A stretch of DNA of 64,000 nt from Octopus vulgaris (lineage: Eukaryota), in NCBI GenBank assembly GCA_951406725.2, contig OX597820.1:91078001-91142000 (forward strand), written 5' to 3'. A program made the position numbers and the translations under genes. The notes beneath the pieces are model-generated. The model was not told where the DNA came from, did no database searches, and saw nothing but the letters and a program-made list of their open reading frames with translations. Shown piece after piece: positions 55,680 through 64,000 of this stretch. Every line of letters starts with the position of its first letter. Position 1 is the first letter of the stretch.

Positions 55680-55990
55680 TGCAGGTTTCATATCCTAGAC
55701 TTTGTCTTTTAGGTATCCCCATAAAAAAAATCTAGTGGTGTGAGGTCTGGTGAACGCGCAGGGTATTCAATGAAACCCCTTCGTCCAATCGACCTGTTTG
55801 TCATGGCCTCATCAAGGAAGGATCTAACATAGTGATGTTAGTATGGGGCTGCTCCATCTTGCTGAAAATAAAACTCCTCATCTTCAAAGTCTTCTCTAAT
55901 AATTGGCATGACAGACTGTTACAGCAAGTTCAAGTAAACGAGACCAGTCACAGTAGCGTAAAAAATGTATGGTCCAGTTAATCCTCTTGA
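55680..55990 (-). pseudogene. Tc1/mariner-superfamily transposase DDE/D-domain fragment
   Basis: Minus strand YFQQDGAAP...IGRRGFIEYPARSPDLTPLDFF/WGYLKDKV. Confidence 0.85.
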
Positions 55991-56141
55991 TGATAAACCA
56001 CACCACACTGCAACTCCTGGTAAATTAACATGGTGTAATGCCTCACTGCCTCTAAAAATTATTAAGAAAAATACTTTTATATTGATTTATGTACATAAAT
56101 GTGTGTGTGTGTGTGTGAAAGTATTGGAAAGAAATTTTGTT

Positions 56142-56540
56142 GGCTGTGTGGTAAGTAGCTTGTTTACCAACCACATGGTTCCGGGTTCAGTCCCACTGCG
56201 TGGCACCTTTGGCAAGTGTCTTCTACTATAGCCTCGGGCCGACCAAAGCCTTGTGAGTGGATTTGGTAGACGGAAACTGAAAGAAGCCTGTCGTATATAT
56301 GTATATATATATATATTGGCGTGTTTGTGTGTGTGTTTGTCCCCCTAGCAATGCTTGACAACCGATGCTGGTGTGTTTATGTCCCCGTTACTTAGCGGTT
56401 CAGCAAAAGAAACTGATAGAATAAGTACTGGGCTTACAAAAGAATAAGTCCCGGGGTCGATTTGCTCGATTAAAGGCGGTGCTCCAGCATGGCTGCAGTC
56501 AAATGACTGAAACAAGTAAAAGAGTAAAGAGTAAAAGAGT
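56142..56540 (+). mobile_element. SINE family A, young, slightly 5'-truncated
   Basis: Near-consensus with CpGs retained. Confidence 0.92.
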
Positions 56541-56595
56541 ATGTGATAGCCACACAATTCTTTGAATCCATATATTACACAACAAATATATACAT

Positions 56596-56965
56596 TCTTT
56601 TATTCTTATTCTTTTACTTGTTTCAGTCATTTCACTGTGTGCATGCTGGAGCACCGCCTTAAATGGTTTAATTGAAGAAATTGACCCCAGGACTTCTTTG
56701 CAAGCCTAGTACTTATTCTATTGGTCTATTCTACTGAACTGCTAAGTTATGGGGACATAAACACACCAGCATCAGTTGTCAAGCAATGGTGGGAGACAAA
56801 CACACACATACACACAATGGTCTTCTTTCAGTTTTCCTCAACCAAATTCACTCAGAAGAATATGGCTGGCACAGGGCTATGGTAGAAAACATTTGCCCAA
56901 GAAGCCCCACAGTGAAACTGAACTTGGAATCATGTAGTTGGGAAGCAAGGTTCTTACCACACGGA
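56596..56965 (-). mobile_element. SINE family A, diverged copy
   Basis: Reverse match to family; partner of the inverted duplicate at 58792-59080. Confidence 0.88.
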
Positions 56966-57047
56966 CATATAGATCATCATCATCATCTTCATCATCATCA
57001 TCTTCATCATCATCATTACCATCAAAATCATCTTTCTTTTATTTTCT

Positions 57048-57450
57048 TTCTTTTACTTGTTTCAGTCATTTGACTGTGGCCATGCTGGAGCACCGCCTTT
57101 AGTCGAGCAAATTGACCCCAGGACTTATTCTTTGTAAGCCTAGTACTTATTCTATCGGTCTCTTTTGCCAAACTGCTAAGTTATGGGGATGTAAACACAC
57201 CAGCATCAGTTGCCAAGTGATGTTGGGGGACAAACACAGACACACAAACATATACACACGTGTACATATATATATATATATATATACACACACATATATA
57301 CGATGGGCTTCTTTCAGTTTCCGTCTACCAAATCCACTTAAGGATTTGGTTGGCCCGAGGCTACAGTAGAAGACACTTGCCAAGGTGCCATGCAATGGGA
57401 CTGAACCTGGAACCATGTGGTTGGTAACCAAGCTACTTACCACACAGCCA
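57048..57450 (-). mobile_element. SINE family A
   Basis: Reverse match to family. Confidence 0.9.
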
Positions 57451-58075
57451 GTCTTATGTACATAAACGTGTGTGTATATGTGTGTGCTGTCCATTTCTTT
57501 ATATCTGTAAGAATTTTTGTCAAACAGTTGCTTCTATGTATTTAACTATATCCTTATATATATATATTTTCTTATGACACTGGGATTTGACAGCTTAACA
57601 ATATTGTTCGAATCCTTTAATTGATGGAACAGTTATAGCTAGATATGTCCCTACCTAATTTATATATGTCTTACAAGTTATAATCCTTAAACTATCTTTT
57701 CTTTAAAGTTAATACATTGCACATGCATACATACATAAATACATCCATCCATCTTTCCATCCATCCATCCATACATGCATACATACATACATAAATACAT
57801 ACATACATACTTACATACACATGCAGATATATACATCTATTATATCCGGATGCATATAGCATCATATATATGTGCATGATATATATGTATGTATATAACT
57901 TCATATATGTATGATATATGTAATATAGGTATAATATACATATTACACACACACACATATATATATATATACATATATATATGAGGATATAGATTTATGT
58001 ATCATATATATTATGCACACACACACTTGCATGCAAACACACACATACGCATGTGCATATATGTGTATGTGTGTT

Positions 58076-58115
<40 letters not shown>

Positions 58116-58791
58116 CATATTTGTGTATGTGCATGTGTATATTAGAAACTGAAGCTTGTTGAATTGTCTATATATATTTTGCAATGCTGCTTATTCAAAT
58201 GGCTGAAGTAAGGAAACATCAGTATAATAATATATAAGGTAAAATATCCTGAAACTCATCAAAATATGATTAATCATCGGGATTTAATTGGTTGTGCAGG
58301 AAAAAGAGAGAACATTAGAAAATGCTTCACACATTCATCTATTTAATTCTCACGTGATATATCCATCTATTCACATGCTAAAACACATGTTCTTTCGATA
58401 TCTTCAATACGATATGCATAAAGCACAAGTAAGACTGGTAGGCAACTACTGCTAATAAAGTTTTACTGTTTATTAATAGCTGAATGTTTTTGTTTTTTAT
58501 GACCATATTTTAAGGTATGATAAATCTGTTATTTGACAAATAAACTAGTTAAGCCTGCTGATGTTTGGAAATTTCTCATTAAATAGCAATATGAGTGTCT
58601 GCAATATACACTAATTCATATCTTTGGTTGAAATTTGTGTTTTCAAGACATGGGTAGCACAATGGTGGTGGAAAGTATTGGAAAGAAATTTTGTTAAATT
58701 TTCTAGCATGTTAAGGGCCTCTCTGCTTCACAGGCAGTGTTTATGTCCCCATAACTTAGCAGTTCAGTAGAATAGACCAATATAATAAGTA

Positions 58792-59080
58792 CTGTGCCAG
58801 CCATATTCTTCTGAGTGAATTTAGTTGAGGAAAACTGAAAGAAGACCATTGTGTGTATGTGTGTGTTTGTCTCCCACCATTGCTTGACAACTGATGCTGG
58901 TGTGTTTATGTCCCCATAACTTAGCAGTTCAGTAGAATAGACCAATAGAATAAGTACTAGGCTTGCAAAGAAGTCCTGGGGTCAATTTCTTCAATTAAAC
59001 CTTTTTAGGCGGTGCTCCAGCATGCACACAGTGAAATGACTGAAACAAGTAAAAGAATAAGAATAAAAGAATGTATATAT
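58792..59080 (+). repeat. Inverted local duplication of 56586-56874
   Basis: 289 bp with about 3 differences; shares private SINE mutations and the non-SINE flank. Confidence 0.9.
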
Positions 59081-59256
59081 CACAGTAAGCTCTTCCAGCA
59101 GACTTGACTAACAAACCACTTAGAGATGAATCATTGGTGTAACCATGATGTTCTGGTGATTTGATGAGTTAGCTTTCTTTATCTGCATTGATTTGGGAAT
59201 ATGCAATTGTATTATATAATGCATAGCATGCATATTAGTGCAGACATGTAAGCATA

Positions 59257-60542
59257 TCAGGTCATCCCATAAGTTCTGTCCAAATTTTGAATAGAAAAAC
59301 AAATGATCTAATGTTATATTTAATTGAAATTTAATCATCAATGTACTTTCCCCGATTATCTATGACTTCCTTCCACCTATTTGCAAGCTTTTGAATCCTA
59401 TTAATGTAAAACTGTTTTGTTTTTAATGCGAAAAACTCTGAAAAGTCAGTTTTGACCTCCTCCTTTCTTGCGAAAGTTGCATCCCCCAAATGATTCTGTA
59501 AACTATGAAACAAATGGTTGTCTGAAGGAGCAAGGTCGGGAGAATAGGGTGGATGAGAATTTTTTCCCAATCAAGCTCTTCGTTCTTCTGTGATGTGATC
59601 TTTTCAGTGTAGAGTCGTGCATTGTCCTGATGAAACATCACTTCTTTTCAATTCTCTAAAGCAGCTCTTTTTTTCTTCAAAGCTTGGTTCAAATGCTCTA
59701 ATTGCTGACAGTAGACTTGAGCATTGATTGTTGAATTAGCTGGTAACAATTGAAAGTGAAATACACCATTGTAATCCCACCAGATAGAGATAAGAACCTT
59801 TTTTCCATGAAATTCCCTTCTCGGTTATGGTTGAGCTTTTTTCCTTTTACCAAGCCACTGCTTACGATGTTTCACATTTCGATAGAAGATCCTTTTTCAT
59901 CACCAGTCACAAGTCTATCCAAAAAGGGTGAAATGAGTTCATGAGAATCGAGAGAAGAGCAGATGTCAACTCAGGATTTCTGGTTGCTTTCAGACAATTC
60001 ATGAAGCACCCATTTTCCAAGTTTAGGAACCTTTTTAAGTTGTTGAAGATGACGATGAACAGTTGTATGGTTTGAACTAAGATTTATTGCCAATTCTTCA
60101 ACTGATAATGCAGGATTTTCTTCAAGTAATGCCTCAAGGAGCTTGTCATCAAACTCAAGTGGACATCCTGTTCAATCTTCAACTTCAAGGCTGAAATCTC
60201 GACTTCTGAATTTTGCAAACCATCTTCTGCAAGTTCTTTCATTCAAGCGTTCTTTCCCATAAACTGAGTGTATGTTTCGAGTTGCTTCGGCTGCAGAGTT
60301 TCATTCTTTGTCCGCATAAAGCATTATGTGCCGAAAATGCTCTTTGGATACTTCCATATTAGAAAGGGTTTTAATCAAAGAAATATTAATTCTATTATTC
60401 TATAAAATGATATTCAATTAGTTTAAATGTACACAAATGCATAAAAATAATTGTTAATTCCATTAAACATTCTAAAATACTTTTAAATTCTATAAAAATT
60501 TTTAAAAAGATAAAATCAGACAGAACTTATGGAATGACCAGA
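59257..60542 (-). mobile_element. Full-length (1286 bp) mariner DNA transposon, transposase pseudogenised
   Basis: TA TSDs; TIRs tcaggtcatcccataagttctgtcc / agacagaacttatggaatgaccaga; start MEVSKEHFRHIMLY at 60357; WVLHE, VTGDEK, FHQDNAR, HPPYSPDLAPSD; stop at 59331; multiple frameshifts. Confidence 0.95.
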
Positions 60543-60661
60543 TAATATATTATGCACTGAAATTATTACTGCATAAACGAGACTGCAAAACAGCCATTAT
60601 CCTAAGGAAGACAAGTGGTTAGATAAATATATTCATCTCTTGTACCACCTGACTTTTTATG

Positions 60662-60722
<61 letters not shown>

Positions 60723-60768
60723 GTTTGTGTGAGTATATATATGTATATGTATGTGTGAGTTTGTGTGA

Positions 60769-60804
<36 letters not shown>

Positions 60805-60825
60805 GTATATGTACATATATACATA

Positions 60826-61755
60826 CTAGCTGAATGACCCAGCACTTCCTAGGTTACTTCAGTTCTTATTCAGATTAGTAAACAATAAATATAAAGATGT
60901 ATTCTCATAATTATTTCAAAATATCTGTATTTTATCAAAAAATATTCAAATTTTAATCATAATTGAATTTTGAACTGAAAATCTATCAATGTTGAAGCAC
61001 CTCAGAATAAACAATATTCATTGTGTAATTTTTTGTTGGTGTCAAACTGAATAAATTTTTGCTGCTTCCAACTTGCGAGCCACACAGAGTTGGCCGTGGG
61101 AAAAGTATATATTAGAGAGATCAAGTCCAACTACCTTGAGGGATTGACCCTGAGATTTGATAATTGAAATACCAAAACTCAGTTTGACTGGAAACTGAAG
61201 TGTCTTAAATTCAAACAGAACATCTATAGGTATGAGAGGAATTGTTAGAATAAAGACATTTTCTCCTTTGTGACTACCCGTGATGATTGTTGCCTCTAGA
61301 ACATGGAGAGCATCTTGGAGAGAAACAATTTTTAACCCTTAATTTCTTTTGATTGTTATGAATATGGAAGAGATGTTCACTCTCAACTTTAGCATACATA
61401 TCAACCAGGCATTGCTGAAAAAGATCACGATACATGTGTAATTGATTTGATTGTTCTGGTCTTAACATCAATTAGTAAGAACAGAAGTCATTTGACAGCA
61501 CATTTTTGTTTGTAATTGGCTCTCCTGTTGCAGGTTCAATCTGTGGAATATTGAGATGATACACATCTTGTCCATTCCACAAAATAAGAGGATATTGGAG
61601 AGCATCATAAGAGGGATGGTTCTCTAAAACATGTTTAAGGTTATTATCTCAAGCTCAAATGAGAATATCATGGTTTTCATGGCGATCATCTACAACAAGG
61701 ATGACAACTTTATTAGATGTGGGCTCATTAAAATGGTGTAAAATATCCTTTACTA
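60826..61755 (-). mobile_element. Helitron deletion derivative with intact 3' end
   Basis: HPSYDALQYPLILW, LFQQCLVDMYAKVESE (Rep N-terminal region) joined to FKTLQFPVKLSF..KSQGQSLKVVGLDL (Pif1 C-terminus); terminal CTAG-T at 60826 preceded by a decayed hairpin. Confidence 0.88.
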
Positions 61756-62398
61756 TAGTTTACTATAAACGTAATGAACACAGAAATACACACACACTCA
61801 CAGACACATACACCTTCATATACATGTGTTTATGTATGTGAAGATGTGTGTGTGTGTTTAATTGTCTGAGGACTAACGTATACAAATTATCACACATACA
61901 CCCTAACATACTTTTACATATACTAACACAAAGACACACAGACATACATTGATGCACACCTCAAGGCTATCTCAATTCCTCTGTGAGTCTCTGTCTTTAG
62001 ATGTGTGTATGTGTGTGTGTGAGTCAGTCGTCACAAAAATGTACATATACTGACACACATATACTTCTCAGTCATCAGCCTAATGTACATTATGAATGCA
62101 GACACACACATTCATATAGAAAATGTGACATTGTTGTAGTAGCGGTGGTGGTATAAAATGTTGTTTACGATAGTTGACTTAAAGAAAGATTATAATGTTA
62201 AATTTTTGTAGTGCGGATATGTAAATGAAAATAAAGTTTATTAGGTAATCAAAAGATTACTGAAATTCTTAATACCCCATACGTCAAGATCAGCAACCAA
62301 GTTTTCAAATTCATCAGGAACATGCACGCATGTACACACACACAAACTCAGTTTTACATATCAATATATATATCAACATATATATATATACACACGTG

Positions 62399-62440
<42 letters not shown>

Positions 62441-62442
62441 CA

Positions 62443-62664
62443 TACTTGAGGTGGTGCTGAAAAGTCCCTTGTTTTAAGGGTATCATAAAAGTCATAGTAG
62501 GGGATCCAACGTTCTGAGTTCTTTTACAGGTCTTAGAAAAACTGAAGGACTACTGCTATAAGTGTGTTCATCTGAGAGGGGAATATGCTGAATAAAATCA
62601 TAATTAACTGATCCTCCTCTATTTTCTTTCACACAAAGTCAGGAACTTTTCAGCACTTTCTCAT
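62443..62664 (+). mobile_element. mariner-derived MITE, second copy
   Basis: TIRs gaggtggtgctgaaaagtcc / ggaactttttcagcactttctc; collinear with 46154-46372. Confidence 0.8.
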
Positions 62665-63441
62665 ATATATATATATGACTGTATGTATGTGACATCAGAC
62701 TTTTCCTCCTCCTAGTGAGATGTTTAAACAAAGACAAAAGCATCTACTGCTGCTAGTTGAGTTAGTTCTCTTTGTGCAAATGTATGTGTTGTTTGAGAGA
62801 GAGAGAGACTAGCTATGTGGAAGACCTTTCCTCACATTAAAAAGCTTTAGACACAAAACTGCTTGATTATTAACATGTTTATTAATATTTCTATTATGTG
62901 TTGCATAATATAACTGACTATAGCCAAGAGAGGTCACACACTCAAGGAAAAAATCCCATGATGGTATAAAGGCTTGTGTCAGCATGGGTGGAAAGCTCTC
63001 TAAACATCTGCTGTTCACAACCATCAGACCAGCAAATTTGTAATCACGCAGCCATTTATGCATAATTGGAACACCTCTAGTGATTATTATTAATATCATT
63101 ATTATTATTATTATTATTATTATCATCATCATCAATCATAACAATATTCACTTGATCTTTTGTGACCTAGTACAAAGTGTGCGAATGACATTCGGCCATT
63201 ACCATCATTTTATTCTGATAATGATTCCAATGAGGTCTTGAACCATTAACAGACTAATGGATTTAGGAATGCTATTGATTCAACTGAAACATACAGCATG
63301 AATAAAGAAATATGAAAAATGGAACTATGCATGCACATGTGTATGTATGTATGCATGAATGTAAGCATGTATATATCAATAAAGCTGAATGTGACTGGGA
63401 ATTCACCAAGGAAGGCTAATCAAGGATTTGTATATATACAA

Positions 63442-63477
<36 letters not shown>

Positions 63478-63793
63478 TGGTAAAAACGGTAAGATAACAA
63501 AAGAAAGAAAGAGACCTCAATATTATGTAAATAGAGGGAATTTATCTGTAAATAATATGTGGCAATTATTCAATAGCCAAGATAAAACTCGGATGCCGAG
63601 GTGGAAATCCACACCACCATCTCTTCGGTTATATGGCCATCAATCGCACTAGGTCACAAAAGATCAAGTGAATATTGTTATGATTGATGGCCAGATAACC
63701 GAAGAGATGGTGGTGTGGATTTCCACCTTGGCATCAGAAACTCAGAGTTTTATCTTGGCTATTGAATAATTATCACATATTATTTTACAGATA
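63478..63793. mobile_element. Foldback of the Naiad-type Penelope pLTR (arms 63543-63645 / 63682-63793)
   Basis: Homologous to 16245-16335; flanked by (TA)n on both sides. Confidence 0.85.
63690..63761 (+). ncRNA. Type I hammerhead ribozyme, CCGAAGA variant, second copy
   Basis: GCC-AGAUAA-CCGAAGA-GAUG...CAUC-A-GAAA-CUCAGAG-UU-UUAUCU-U-GGC. Confidence 0.72.
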
Positions 63794-64000
63794 TATATAT
63801 ATATATATAAATATATAACAGACAGAAGCCTGGTCATCTGCCAAGCCAGCCCCAGTCAAACCATACAACTCATGCCAGTATGGAAAGTAAATGTGAAATG
63901 ATAACGATGATGATGATGCTGATATATATATATATATATATATATAAAGCATATATAGTAAATATACAGGCTTCAAATTTTAGCACAATGCCAGCAAGTT

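Overview
Very AT-rich, repeat-dense animal genomic DNA, most likely an octopus. That assignment is an inference from the SINE families and the heavy (TA)n/(CA)n load; no search was run. No host protein-coding exon can be confidently supported, and almost all ORF-track entries are microsatellite or SINE artefacts. Contents: (1) many tRNA-derived SINEs of at least 3 families plus RTE-type 3' tails; (2) a 5'-truncated, frameshifted Penelope-like retroelement (RT + CxCx5Cx5C zinc finger + GIY-YIG, Naiad-type) at ~14.7-16.3 kb; (3) a full-length decayed mariner, other Tc1/mariner, hAT and pogo-type relics, a Helitron deletion derivative, and L1/Tx1, RTE and R4/Dong LINE fragments; (4) a full-length U6 snRNA retrocopy fused to the 5' end of a complete SINE. 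The most notable signal is a set of distinct Penelope pseudo-LTR (pLTR) families sitting in (TA)n tracts. Several carry minimal type I hammerhead ribozymes, two families with recurrent non-canonical cores (CCGAAGA and CUGUNGA). They often form foldbacks, and two of these enclose copies of nearby genomic DNA.
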